A DNA stretch of 64,000 nt from Octopus vulgaris (GCA_951406725.2 OX597814.1:77438001-77502000), one strand, 5' to 3'. Counted from the stretch's first letter, positions 26,205 to 39,917 are shown. Made by a program: numbers and translations. The notes: a model not told the origin generated them from the letters alone.

Positions 26205-27644
26205 AAATATATATGAAATTAAATGTTAAACTCATTTGTTTTCAAAATATTGTACGTGTAACATTTATAAATTATACATATACTAGCACGCCCATGTTAT
26301 CAAAAATGCTAACAGTTCTATTAATGATAGAAAATGGTGTATCAAAACAATGAGAGAAACCATTGATAAATGTGACCAATTGAGTAAACATATGTACATA
26401 ACACAGAATCGAAGTATTTGAATAATCAGATACAGTTGTAATGTCTGGGATGAAAATATCATCCATGATGACAATGATGGTGACAACGACAACACTTGTA
26501 CAGAGAAAAGTATGTTTGCTACAAAAGATAATATAGCAGCAGCTTTTGAATTTGACAAAATATCTAGAAAATAAGTTGACTATGAGAATTGTATAAATCC
26601 AGTAAGTGTCTATTTGTTCTAGGAGCTAATCCAATAGGAGATAAGTTGAAAATGAAACCTCTATGCTTTAAGAAAGATGATGGGGGCTTCCATCTGCCTT
26701 CCAAGTAGTGTACATCTTCCAGCCTTTTTGATTGAAAGTGGTAAGGCTAAATGGAAGGACAAAGAACTAAGCCAAAACACAAACTTGTGCCCCAGGGTTT
26801 GGGACAGAAATATCAAGGAGTCACTCAAGATTATCAGAAATGATGTCAAACTGTGACTTATTGTTATTAATGTAGGGTTGACAAGAGGCAACATGTGATC
26901 AGGAAGAATCAAGATGGACTTACAAATCTTAACAACCACTAAAAGCTGCAAGGCCATACCAGAGCTGTGAGAACAGGTCTGGTATGCAACAAGACCAGCA
27001 TGTCCCAGTTTCCAGAGCACTATTGGTCACAGCTCTGGAAGTGGTGGAGGAAGTCACTTCATGCCATTGCCTTGTGATGAGATACAGGAGAAACAAAAAA
27101 AAAAAATCATTGCTGAAAAGATAAGAAGTGAAAAATAAAAACCCAAGAGTGAACCTAAGCAAAAGATGATAAGAAAAAATCTGAAGAGGCTCCATCACCT
27201 CAGAAAAACATCATGAAGTTCACAGTAGCACAATACAACCTATACATATATATCAAAGCGTCTTTTGAATCTTTGGTGAATACTTTTGAAAGAATCTTTT
27301 AAATTCATGAATGATAGGATATTAGTAAAATGCTTACCATAAGGTTATGTGAACATGAAAGAAAGCTAACTAGAGGATACTGAGATATTTTTAGTCTACC
27401 TAATCCCAAAAATTCTTTTAGGTACCTTTGGTAGGGTTGAAGGGGTGCCCTGGAACATTCAAGCCAGTGGGTTCCCACTATGTGTGGAGAAATAATTATA
27501 AACATTTTCCATGATTTTCAGATCTAAATTATATCTTGTTTTTATTGTTGCATTATTGTTGTTGTTGTTATGTATATCCTTTCTTATTAAATTTTTAATC
27601 CATCAGTGGTATGATCTCTTCATTCCTCCAGGGTCAATAAAGTA

Positions 27645-28876
27645 CCACAAAAACCTATGTAATTTATGCACTTTTTTACGCAAAAATACAAATAAACTTT
27701 AGTGGATGCTTAAATTATATGAGTAGAAGATTTCCAGAATTTAAAAAAAAATTTTTTTGTTGAAAAAAGAAGTACCAAACTTAAACATTTGTACTGGAAG
27801 TTGTCTCCTTTAATGTCAGAATAGGTTTTTACAGTAAAAGAAAAATAATGATTTAGATATAATGAAGTTGACTTTTATTTATACTGTATGGTATAATGCT
27901 TACCTTTTCTGTATAAATTTACTAAAACCATTAAATGGTTAACTACTTTTTGAAGTCTGATGTTCATGCTGGTAAACATAGTCCGGGCTATATTTTACAT
28001 TACTTGGAGTTTCTATCTATTACAATGGAGCACCATTGACATACCTAGTGATATGGATATTCCTGACTGAAAAAATGTAATGATATAGATAATCTTGATT
28101 GTATGTTTTTATTTTTGTCTGTTTATTACTAGAAACAGTTTTAAGTCTGTCATACTGTTTATGCCAATTTCGAATATTCGTTTCATTAACATTAAAATGC
28201 CTTCCGGCAGCTCTATTGCCATGTTCAAATGCATATTCAACATATTTAATTTCTCCTTCGCAGTAAATTATTCATAAGTTGTACCCATACTAACAATAAC
28301 AGCAATGACAAATTTTTAAGTTTGCTTGACATTTTATGTGTGAAAGGGATTAAAATTTCAATACTCTGTATCAAAGGTTCCGACAAGAATAGGTGGGAAA
28401 GAATTCTGTTTACAGAATCAGTTTGATTGGTCATCTTCCTCTGTAGGTTGAGTAAAGTGTCATCCAAGTTGATGTTTATTGGTAATTAAACTTAATTTGC
28501 AACAACTGTGCATATTTATCAGCTTTGTTTTTGTTGGCAATTCTCATTAACAACTTTTTCTGTAATTGTGATTTGAGAAGCAGTATGCTAATCTCTAGTG
28601 GGCAAGAAATGTAAAATAAAGTTTATTATAAACAACACAAAAAACTTTGTAATTTAAGAGCTTTCAATGTGATACCTGTTAAACAGAAATTATTTTTATT
28701 TAATGAAAATTTAATAAAATCTAATCATAAGTAAGTGAAATTATGCTAAATATATCTAAATTGAAAACCTTTTTCCCCTGTAAACTTTTGAGTGCAAATT
28801 TTACATGAGTAGGAGGTTTTTTTTAACAACTTTTATCCTAAAAATCACCTGTGTAAATTACATGGGTTTTTTATGG
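27645..28876 (-). mobile_element. Internally deleted pogo-family DNA transposon
   Basis: TA|CCACAAAAACCTATGTAATTTA and TAAATTACATGGGTTTTTTATGG|TA terminal inverted repeats with TA duplications. Minus strand ~28130-28270 encodes YVEYAFEHGNRAAGRHFNVNETNIRNWHKQ (Brinker-type HTH, as in POGK). Confidence 0.8.
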
Positions 28877-29242
28877 TAAACTAAATTAGAGTTAATGGAA
28901 TTGACTGATATTTCCCTTCAAAATTGTTGGCCTTGTGCCAAAATTAGAAATAATTATTACAATGATTAAGGTAGTGAGCTGGCAAAATCATTTGTGCATC
29001 AAATAAAATACTTAGCAGCACTTCTTCTGCCTCTTTACAGTTCAAATTCTGTCATGGTTGACTTTGCCATTCATCCTCTCAGGGTTGATAAAATAAGAAT
29101 CAGTCAAGTACTGGAGCTCATGTAATCAACTTGCCCCTCTCCTCAAAATTGTTGGTGTTGTGCCAAAATTAGAAAGAGTCATCGTTATCGTCATCAGCGT
29201 TGGCCTCGGCCACTGCGGTGTCGGCAGCATCATTATTATTTC

Positions 29243-29960
29243 ACTTTTCAGAGCTCTCAATATCACATTCTCCAGTTAATTCTGTAAGAACAGACAACAA
29301 CCAGACCAGTGGTCAGTAGTCTCACAGGGTCTCTTTTCACAATACTCAACACCCAAATACCAATCCCAAGATTCTCAGTGTCCTCAATAAAGCAGTTTTC
29401 TGAGCATGATCTACTTTCATGTCAATCCCAATTTCTTCAACAAATTTTTCAAACCTAGTAGTTAATGCTCCCAATGTCCCTGCAGCTACTGGGATGACAC
29501 TTATTCTCTTCATTGCCCACATTCATACAATTTCATCTTTTAGTGCCTTGTATTTCTCAGTCTTTTCCAGCTCTTTGTCACCCACTCACACATTGTCAGG
29601 TATGGCTGAATCTATGATTCAGATTGCCTTCATCCCTTTATCCACTACTGAAGATCTTAAAATCATTCATATAAAACAGGTGATTCAACTTTTCTCCACT
29701 TTCCAATGTGTACCCCAATGTTACTTTCTGTAATATCTGCATGAGGAGTATCATATAAATCACAAATGGCGACAGACTATCTCCCTGAAATATGACTCTC
29801 CTGCCGTTAACCTTAGCCAAAAATTTTCCACATGATGTTATTCCAGTTCTTCATTGATCTGGTAAAATTCAAAATGTTACCAGACACCTGTACCAATTCA
29901 AGACTTTCTAAAACCCCAAAATGGGGACCTTGTCATAAGTTTTCTTATAATCGATTGATT
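29243..29960 (-). mobile_element. Second R4/Dong copy with internal deletion
   Basis: 29250-29640 is nearly identical to 15425-15815. Also has IFQGDSLSP and HLFYMNDFK RT motifs and (TTA)n flanks. Confidence 0.85.
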
Positions 29961-29984
29961 GATCAATTATTATTATTGATGTTG

Positions 29985-30016
<32 letters not shown>

Positions 30017-31294
30017 TATTAATTTGCTTCAAGCCTATGGAAAATTTATAGAAATTTCTGACCTGGTAGGGCATTGCCAGTTTGGACAAACTCTACAAGC
30101 ATGGTAACAGTATCAGCTTGGCCTATTTAAGATACTCTCAAAGCATTAACTTTTTTTTTCTGCTTGAACTCTCATTCAATGTCTCAGCATTTTTGGTTTG
30201 TAGAATTATGTCAAACAGCTATTGCCCCATAAAGAACAGATCTAACTATCAGCTGAGTTCATCATGAAGATTGCTCTGCTGCTATCCTTTAGCTGGGAAG
30301 TGTAGGCAGTTTTCCACTGTTTGGTGGCTATGGTGTAAATGGTTGCATGGTAAACAAGATAGATGATCAGACAAAAGACAGGAAGTTTCCTCTTTAGCCA
30401 AGCCATCATCAAATTGTTTGTGTTTTATTTGGAGAAGCCATTGTGAGTCAAAAGGATGGTCTAGATGCAAAAGAAGATGTGAGTAGAGAGGAAGGTGTGA
30501 ATGACAAGGAAGATGTGAGTAGAGAGTAAAGAGTGGGTAGAGAGGATGGAGAGGGAAATGAGAGTGGGTAGAGAGGTGCTGGTTTCCAGTAAATTGTTAA
30601 AAGGTGGATAAAAGTGGTAAGATAGGCCTGGATGACTAGGCCTGTGCCAATAAGATGCAGAACACACCTGGGAAACGATATTTGCCCTTCACTGTCCTAG
30701 TAATAGAAGGTTTGTGGATTCCTTAATTGGTCTCTGGTAATTGTACCATATTTAGCAGTTTCATTTCTTAGCATTTGTAAATTGTTTCCTATACTTGTTT
30801 TGTCGATAATTAATTTTGCATAAACTTTCACCACAACAAAATTAAAGCAAGTAGGTAAAAAATAAATTCCTCTCTTTTACCTGTTAACCTAAGTCAATCT
30901 TTTAAACAGTTGACGTCAACAGTCTCAACCAAATCTATTAAATATGCTTTGGTAACTACTATATGTAAATACCATTTTTGTACTGATAACAAAAATATTT
31001 TCAAATAACAAAATAAACAAAAAAAATGTTTAAAATGGAATGTCTTACAAATGAGTAATCTTTCAGGACAACAAAATGTGGGTCAGTAAACAATTCCAGA
31101 TCATGAAATGTTTAGGCTATTCAATTACTCCACATATTTTCTGAATAAACCAGTTTCCTCACAAAATATGTCATGAAATTTAGCCACGAAAGAGTTACAG
31201 GTTATATTACATCAAGTGTGCCTCTTAACCTCAACAATAACAAAGCATTCTGACACTACACACATGTACACTCACACACATACACACACATGTA

Positions 31295-31354
<60 letters not shown>

Positions 31355-31466
31355 GTCTGTGTGTGTATTATAATTTCACTTAGACATAGTGACTGATACT
31401 ATCAACATGTAAAAACTGAATACATGTACATGCCTTATATAAAGTGTTAGATGAATACAGAGGGTA

Positions 31467-31692
31467 ATATGAAAGCAATGAAATAACAAGGGAAGAAGAA
31501 TTATATAATGAACTTCATTAGTTTACAGCTGTTTCAGCTATAAGAAGCAGTGCACTCAAATCTGAGTACTTGTGCATCACTTTATCCATTTTTCAACTCT
31601 GAGTATACTACTTCTAACAGCAGAAACAGCTGTAAAATAATGAAGATGATTATGTAATTCTCATTTCATTGTCATTCCATTATTTTCATTAT
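31467..31692. repeat. Palindromic element built from hammerhead half-sites
   Basis: TTTACAGCTGTTTCAGCT / AGCAGAAACAGCTGTAAA inside ~90-bp imperfect inverted arms. Confidence 0.55.
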
Positions 31693-31873
31693 ATATATCA
31701 TCATCATTATCATCACCATCGTTTAAGATCCACCTTCCATGCTGGTATGGGCTGGATGGTTTGACAAGAGCCAGCTAGGTAGGAGACAACCCCAGGCAAC
31801 TGTGTCTGTTTTGGCATGGTTTTTACAGCTGGATGCCCTTCCAAATGCCAACCACTTCAGTGTGGACTGGATG

Positions 31874-31908
<35 letters not shown>

Positions 31909-32595
31909 ATAACAATAGTAGGGAATATAATTCCAAACTTACAGGGAAAAATTCAATTTAGCAATTCTAAATCAAATTTCACAATATATAATATATGTAT
32001 ATAATTTAGAGAAAAACCTCAATTTACTACTATTTACTATTTATTGTTTATGTACTTTATTGATTTTTAGACTAAGGTTTTTATACTCTTACTCTCTTTT
32101 ACTCTTTTATTTGTTTCAGTCATTTGACTGCGGCCATGCTGGAGCACTGCCTTTAGTCGAGCAAATCGACCCCAGGACTTATTCTTTGTAAGCCCAGTAC
32201 TTATTCTATCGGTCTCTTTTGCCGAACCGCTAAGTGACGGGGACGTAAACACACCAGCATCGGTTGTCAAGCAATGCTAGGGGGACAAACACACACACAC
32301 ACATACACATATATACATATATACGACAGGCTTCTTTCAGTTTCCATCTATCAAATCCACTCACAAGGCATTGGTCGGCCCAGGGCTATAGCGGGAGACA
32401 CTTGCCCAAGATGCCACGCAGTGGGACTGAACCCAGAACCATGTCGTTGGTTAGCAAGCTACTTACCACACAGTCACTCCTGCGCCTACTAAATATAGTA
32501 TATTTATTTTTTCTATATAGTGTGAATAACGTCTTTCACTATTGAATTGCTTAATAGAGGTTTTTCTCTAAATTATATATATATATATATATACA

Positions 32596-33216
32596 CAGGG
32601 TGTGAAGGGTAAATTGTTGCCATTTTATATTTTTTATTTTGCACATGCGCATTGTTTGATTTTGATTTTGTTGACTACACAGTATTGTAGGGTCAGTTGA
32701 GAAAAAGAGCACCATGACACAATTTACTCAGCCAGAAATTTGGAAATAACAAACTGTACTGCTTGCCAGAAGCTCCAATATGAATATTTCAGAGTGTCTG
32801 GGTGTTAATTTGAGGACAGTGCAATCTGAGGAGATGACTGTCACAATTTCTATGACTACACTGCCCCTAACATTTGGCCACCTAACTCCCCAGACTGCAA
32901 TCCCCTTGATTATTATGTGTGGGGCGCAGTTGAGCAAGAGACCAACAAAACTCTTTGTAACACCAAAGATGAGGTGAAGGCAAGGATTATAACAGCATTC
33001 ACCAACTTAAACAAGGAGACTGTCCAGAAGAGTTGCAGGAGATTCTGAAGTCGTCTGGAAGCCATGGTTGAAGCCAATAGCGAGTTTATTGAATAAATTT
33101 ACTCTTCAGTATTTCAAGATATTTTTATGCAATTTTGGTAAATATATCTGTTAAAAGGAGATGTCAGTGTTATTTTCATTTTTGCAAAATTTAGATGACA
33201 GTTTATTCACCGCACC

Positions 33217-33219
<3 letters not shown>
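32596..33219 (+). mobile_element. Tc1/mariner (DD37D/maT-like) deletion derivative
   Basis: CAGGGTG...CACCCTG termini within (TA)n. Encodes IWPPNSPDCNPLDYYVWG. Confidence 0.85.
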
Positions 33220-33281
<62 letters not shown>

Positions 33282-33284
<3 letters not shown>

Positions 33285-35585
33285 TCATTGTTTAACGTCA
33301 ACTTTCCATACTGGCATGGGTTGGATGGTTTGACTGAGGACTAGCAAGCCAGAAGGCTGCACTGAGCTCCACATAATCTGGCAAGGTTTCCACAGCTGGA
33401 TGCCCTTCCTAATGCCAACAACTCCGAGAGTGTAGTGGGTACTTTTTATGCCTCAGTCATGAGGGCCAGTCAGGCAGTACTGGCACCAACAAACTTCAGA
33501 TGGTGCATTTTATGTGCCACCAGCATGGGACCAATCCAGTGGGACTGGCATCGACCACACTCAAATGGTGTTTTTTATGTGCCACTGGCAGAGGTGCCAG
33601 TCACATCGTAATGGCATCATCCATGACAATGATTTCACATGACTCAACGGGTCATCTCAAGTACAGTTTATTGCCCATTGATTGAAGAGTACTCTTAAAT
33701 GGGCCAACTATGCAAAACTGGCATCAGCCATGGTTACGATCTCACTTGACTCCATGGGTCTTCACAAGCACAGCATATCTCCAAAGGTCTTGGTCACTTG
33801 CCATTGCTTCTGTGAGACCCAACATTTGAAGGTCGTGCCTCACCACATCATCCCACATCTTCTTGGGTCTAACCCTTCCACAGGTTCCATCCACTGTTAG
33901 AGTGTGACACTTTTCCACACAGCTGTCCTCATCCACATGCAACACATGACCATACCAGCACAGTCATCTCTCTTGCATACCACATCTGATGCTTCTTATG
34001 TCCAACTTTTCTTTCAGGGTGCTTACACTCTGTCGTGTATGCACACTGACATTACACATCCAGCGGAACATACCAGCTTCATTTTTTACAAGCTTACAGC
34101 AGTCACAGCCTATGTTTCATTGCTGTGTAGCATGGCTGTTCACACACATACATCATACAGTCTACCTTTTATTCTGAGCAAGAGGCGTTTTGCTATCAGG
34201 AGTGGTAGGAACTCTCTGAACTTTGTCCAGGCTATTCTGATTCTAGCAGCTACATTTTCAGAGCATCCATCCCCGCAACTGACTTGGTCACCTAGCTAAT
34301 GGAAGCTATCAACTACTTCTACTTTTTCCCCCTGGCAGGTGACAGAAGCTATTTTCTGCACATTTTCAGTGTTTATTGCCCCTGTGCATTTGCTACACAC
34401 AAAACTATCTTCCCAGTTAGCACTCCTTTGATATTGCTGCACCTCTCATGTGTCCATAGCTTACACTGGGTACATCTTATGGAGTTTCTATCTACACCTT
34501 TTCTACAGATTGAGCAGAGCCATCAACTTGAAGGGGTTTGTGATTTGTCTGCCTTCCTTCTTACTAAGACTTTGGTTTTTCTTAGATTGACTCTAAGGCC
34601 CTTCGATTCTAGACCTTGCTTCCACACCCAAAACTTTTCCTCTAGCTCTGATAGTGACTCAGCTATTAGAGAAAGGTCATCAAAATAGAGGAGCTCCCAG
34701 GGGCATCCTGTCTTGAATTCCTCTGTTGTTGCCTGGAGAGCTAAGACAAATAAAAGGGGGCTGAGGACTGATCCTTGGTGGACTCCAACCCTTACCCAGA
34801 ATTCTTTGCTATACTTGTTGCTAACCCTCACCTTACTGACAGCATCCCTGTACATGACTTATACAGCACTCACTAACCACTCATCTATCTCTAGTTTCTG
34901 CATTGACCACCATTTAAGGAATTGGGGGACCTTGTCAAAGGCTTTCTCCATGTGAACAATAGCCAAGTAGAGAGGTTTATCTTTGGCTACCAGAAATATA
35001 GCATCAGTGGTGCTTCTCCCTGGCACAAACCCAAACTGCATCTTGTCTAAACTAACTCTCTCCCTCTAATTAGTTTGGCTATGACCCTCTCAGTGACTTT
35101 CATCACCTGATCCAACAACTTGATACCTCTGTAATTATTCATAACTAATGCATCACCTTTACTTTTGTAGCAGTTGACTATAGTGCTGCTACACCAGTCA
35201 TTGGGTATGACTCCTTCATGTATCACCTGATTGACTATACAGGTAACTAGACTATAGCCTACACCACCAGATATTTTAAGCATCTCTGCGGTAATTCTTG
35301 ATGGGCCAGGGTCTTTCTGTCTTCATACTCTCAATTGCTTTATCTACCAAGGTACTGTCAATTCAGATAGCTGGTCCCACTGTTGGGTTGATGTTTGGCA
35401 GACTCTTTCTCCCATTCATTCTCTTCATTTAGCAACCATCCAAAGTGGCATCTCTAAATCTCTCTCTCTCTCTCTCTCTTTGCAACCTCATTAAATGCAA
35501 GTGAGCCATCATCCATGCGGACACATTTCTCTCTTATGACATCGTGATTCTCTCTCACACATTGTCTAGCAACATGAAACACTCA
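33282..35585 (-). mobile_element. RTE LINE, long decayed copy with 3'UTR
   Basis: NNYRGIKLL, QFGFVPGRSTTDAIF, GVHQGSVLSPLLF and LYFDDL, plus the 3'UTR units and (CAT)n. Confidence 0.9.
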
Positions 35586-35651
35586 TGACACAGAACATTG
35601 GTAAATATATATACATACATTAGATGAATAGACATATACACAGACAGACAG

Positions 35652-35709
<58 letters not shown>

Positions 35710-35809
35710 CATATATAGGGGGAGAGTTCACGAAAAAAACAAAAGACAAAGACAGGTGGTGTACAAAACAAACAGATGTATTAGTATAATGCTCAGGAAT
35801 TGAAAAGGT

Positions 35810-35845
35810 CTTTTACGTTTCGAGCCTACGCTCTTCTACAGAAAG
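35810..35845 (-). ncRNA. Minimal hammerhead-like motif within a PLE pLTR fragment (35715-35905)
   Basis: CTTT-CTGTAGA-A-GAGC(GTAG)GCTC-GAAA-CG-TA-AAAG: 4-bp stem I, 4-bp stem II, ACGU palindrome and GUA triplet. Core position A6 is U. Confidence 0.55.
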
Positions 35846-36499
35846 GGACATAGAAAAAAACAAGGAGAGAAACAAAATGTGTGTAGTGGCTACCAATCTA
35901 GCATGTATACATATATACATTGGTTTCAAATTTTGGCACAAGGCCAGTAATTTCGGATGAGGGATAAGTCTGTTACATCGACCCAAGGGCTAAACTGGTA
36001 CTTATTTTATTGACCCCAGTGCTCAACTAGTACTTATTTTATTGACCCTGAAAGAAAGAAAAGTAACGTTAATCCAGAACATAAAGTCACAAGAAATGCT
36101 GCTAAGCATTTTCTATGGTGCAGCAACAATTCTGTCAACTTGCCGCCTTAATGTATATACAAATATATACATAGGGATATTATATATAGATATAATATAT
36201 TTATATATTATACATATATTATATATTCAGTATATACATGTGTGTGTGTTTATATATAAGAAATAAAAAATGCAATTGAGCATAACAATCATTTATATTT
36301 ACAATGTATCTATTTCAAACTGACTCCTACCATCTCCAACATTCATTCTTGATTTGTAATTTTGCAATGCTGTAACTCAGACTGATAAATATCCTCCCAA
36401 ATGAATAAAGAATAAAACAAAATCTGGAATGGTATTAATCCCTTATTTTACAAGGAATATAGCTTTGTTTCAAATGTTAACTGAAATAAATTTGCTATC

Positions 36500-36615
36500 T
36501 CCCACTAATTCTATGTTAATTATGTTAAAAAGTCTACTGACATCTTCTTTCTCCAGAAGGAATCATTGCTGAACAGAAGCGGCTTCCTGGCATGCATAAT
36601 TATAGTTACTAGTGG
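36500..36615 (-). mobile_element. Short Penelope-like RT remnant
   Basis: Minus strand encodes IIMHARKPLLFSNDSFWRKK and, after a frameshift, LFNII..ELVG. This resembles the PLE RT motif IIMHARKSLLF...W.KK...FDVTMG...ELVG. Confidence 0.5.
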
Positions 36616-36629
36616 GACCTGTGGAAATT

Positions 36630-37034
36630 CCACAAAATGAAAAGGATTAAGAGTAGTTATTTAAGAAAGAAAGGATGATTTGCATCTTTATTTTGCTAAG
36701 TTATTTCATTTCCAGTCACAATAATATATTGTATGATTTTTCGAATTTCCCTCTGCTAAACACTTTGTATTTCTCTCTTTCTTTCTACCTCTTCAACAAA
36801 CTTTTTAACCATGTAATTCACCTCTTCATCACATTTCCACCAACTATATGAGTGACAGCATAATGCATTGGCTGGCTATCTGCTCTCTCACTCATTCTTA
36901 CATTCCCTCTTCCTCTCTTTCACTCCACTTCCTCCTCATCTCTAACAAACTAAAATGTGAACAAACAGGTAGAAGAATAATATAGATTTAGTTCATTAAA
37001 AACAAAATACCTTTCACTATCAACACCCACCACT

Positions 37035-37065
<31 letters not shown>

Positions 37066-37550
37066 CCATTATCACTATAGTTTTCAGTAACAAAGCTAAT
37101 TTCATTTCAGTCCAGCTGTTTGTTTATATCTACTTTTTCTTGCTGTAGATGTATCTCAACTCTGATAATACAAATGCTATATGCCTCTCTTTCTCTCTCT
37201 CTCTTAATATAACTGTTTCCCCTGTCCATCTCTCTCTATCTGCTTTTCTTTGAACTCACCACCAGAAGATCGCTCTAAATATTGTATCCTAAACAATCTC
37301 TTTCTTTTTACTTTCCTTCCCCACTCTACAACACCTTAACAGTTCTCTCTCCCTCTTTTCCCTCACCATCTTTTTCTCACACTCTTTGCATCTCCCTTCA
37401 ACTAACCACAAGACACATTTGGCCTTATTATACATCTTTCTCTACTTCTTTCTTTTCTACCCACACTTCTCTCCTTTCTCTAGCCTTTACTCCACCATTC
37501 ACTCACTCCACCTCCACCTCTCTAACTAACTTAAAGTAAGCAGATTATTA
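36630..37550 (+). repeat. ~0.9-kb segment duplicated at 47615-48810
   Basis: Colinear similarity from GATTAAGAG.AGTTATTTAAGAAAGAAAGGATGATTTGCAT through AAGCAGATTATTATATA. Confidence 0.85.
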
Positions 37551-37949
37551 TATAGATTCTGAGACACATGATAATGGTGGATCCATTTCCATCCTTCAAT
37601 ATGTTCATGCACTCTCACACATCAGATGAACAAAGGCAACTAAGCCAAAAATTAAAAGTTACTATCAACCTTTACCGCATGAAAAAAAAAAAATCAATGC
37701 CCTGCTTAAAGGCTTGAAGTGATCCTTCAGTTAATATTTGTTTTGTATTTTTTAGAAATTTATTTTATTCACACAATGAGGAAAATTCATTTCATTCTAA
37801 TTTAAATACAAAGTAGCAGGAAAAGAGATAAGTAAAGGAAAAGAAAGAACCAGGAAAAATGAAGCGGGGGGGGGGGGATAAAGCAGCAGAAGAGGGGGGA
37901 GGGGTCAACGGGCCACATACCCCAGAATAAGTGGTGTGCTCAGCTGCGC

Positions 37950-38160
37950 CCTACAGTAATGACTGTGATGGTGTTGCCACAGAGTATGGCCAGCAACACT
38001 TGCTGCAGTAGCCACTTCACTTTGTGGGAATCACTTCTCTGACAGGCTGCTGTTATTTGTATTTTGTAGAGGAAATCAGTAGTATGGGGTCAGAGAACAT
38101 CTCTATGGCAACTGATACAAAGTGATAGCAGTTTGTCAGACCCCCTGCATTTATTGATTT
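37950..38160 (-). mobile_element. CRE-like non-LTR element, RLE C-terminal remnant
   Basis: Minus strand YHFVSVAIEMF...WLLQQV.LAILCGN resembles the CRE motif 'Y.FVP.AVETLG...FL.QRLSIAIQRGN'. Confidence 0.45.
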
Positions 38161-38319
38161 TTTCCTTTAATATATAGGTCATCTATTTCTGAACGACTTA
38201 TAAAATCAATGAAAGCATATATACTCTTATAAACAGTTACATTCAGTAAGCCTCAGTAATAACCAACATCTCTCTCTCTCTCTCCATCTATCTGTCTATC
38301 TATCTATCTATCTATTATA

Positions 38320-38518
38320 TATACAATTGTTAAAGAGGACAACAAACGTTAAGGCAAGGCAAACATCTCAAGTCATTCCGATGACAGAATATCCCATACT
38401 CTGGGATATCCCAAAAACAGTTGTAAGACTTAGGAACTTTTTTTTCAATAATAATAATGTATATGACTTGAGATGTTTGCCTTGCCTTAACACTAGTTGC
38501 CCTCTTTAACAATTATAT
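38320..38518. repeat. Palindromic TA-flanked element enclosing a decayed hammerhead
   Basis: ~56-bp inverted arms (38320-38377 and 38463-38518). The interior reads CCGATGA..ATATCCCA(TACTC)TGGGATAT..AAAAC-AGTT-GTA. Confidence 0.65.
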
Positions 38519-39003
38519 AGCTGCTATTTCAGAAATCTGCAATGGCTCCATAACTACTGTCTCAGTTATAACCTTGGAACCCTTGTAATCCATTACAGGA
38601 CTTGCCTAGTGTACCTAATTGTTTAGACCACCTGTGAAGTAAACACCCATATTTTGTATATATTATATATATGATGTTTAATATTAATAATGACTCAAGC
38701 TGGTGAGCTGGCAGAATTGTTAGTATGCTGGACAAAATGCTTAATGGCATTTCATCCATCTTTACATTCTGAGTTCAAATTCTGCTGCAGTTGACTATGC
38801 CTTTCATTATTTTGGGGTTGATAAAATATGTACTAGTTGAGCACTGGAATTGATGTGATTGACTTAACCCCTCACTCAAAACCACTGGCCTTGTGCCCAA
38901 ATTTCAAACCAATAATGACTATTTACTTCAATGCATCAGTGTTAAAATGGACTTTTCAAAGCATGTTTAATGTATTAACTACACTAAGAGATTAAATAAC
39001 TAT

Positions 39004-39048
<45 letters not shown>

Positions 39049-39141
39049 TATATGGATAGAAAGTTGAATGTTGTCCAGTATTATTTATAGCTTTATGTGA
39101 TTTGAGATTCACTGTTTCAAATGTGTGTGTGTGTGTGTGTG

Positions 39142-39910
39142 TATCATCACCATCATTGTCGTTTAACATTCACTTTCTATGCTGGCATAGGTTGGATGGT
39201 TTGACTGAGGACTGGCGTGCCAGAAGGCTGCACCAGGCTCAATCTGATCTGGCAAAGTTTCTACAGCTGGATGCCCTTCCTAATGCCAACCACTTCGAGA
39301 GTGTAGTGGGTGCTTTTACATGCCACCGGCACAAGGGCCAGTTAAGTGGTTCTGGCAACAACCATGCTCAAAAGGTGTTTTTTACATGCTACCTGCACAG
39401 GAGCCAGTCCAGTGGCACTGGCAATGACCACACTCAAATGTTTTTCACATGCCACCAGCACATGTTCCAGTATGGTGACGCTGGCAACAATCATGCCCCA
39501 ATGGCGCTTTTTATGTGCCACTGGTATGGGAGCCAATCTGTGGCCCTGGCAACGATCACGCTAGGATGTACTTTTAATGTTCTACTGGCACGAGTGCCAA
39601 TCAGGCAGTACTGTCATTGGTCACATCAGCGATTTTGATTTTGATTTTGATTTCACTTGCCTCAATAGGTTTTTGCAAAGTTTATTAAGGGGTATTCATA
39701 AGTGGGCTGGTTACACTCACTGGCATAGGCCACAGGCTATGGTTTCACTTGGCTTGTCAGGTCTTCTCATGTACAGCATATCTCCAAAGGTCTCAGGCAC
39801 TATTCATTGCCTCAGTAAGGCCCAATATTCGAAGGTCAAGCTTCATCACCTCATCCCAGGTTTTCCTGGGTCTACCGCTTCTACAGGTTCCCTCTACTGC
39901 TAGGGTATGA
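39142..39910 (-). mobile_element. RTE LINE 3' end with multi-unit 3'UTR
   Basis: (CAT) tail, five or six TTTTACATGCCAC.GGCAC units, and RGRPRKTW in antisense. Confidence 0.85.
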
Positions 39911-39917
39911 CTTTTCT

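Noticed and set aside
26280-26605. Possible + strand exon (acidic DDNDGDND stretch followed by GTAAGT)
   Set aside because: In-frame stops interrupt it, there is no recognisable domain, and no partner exons were found.
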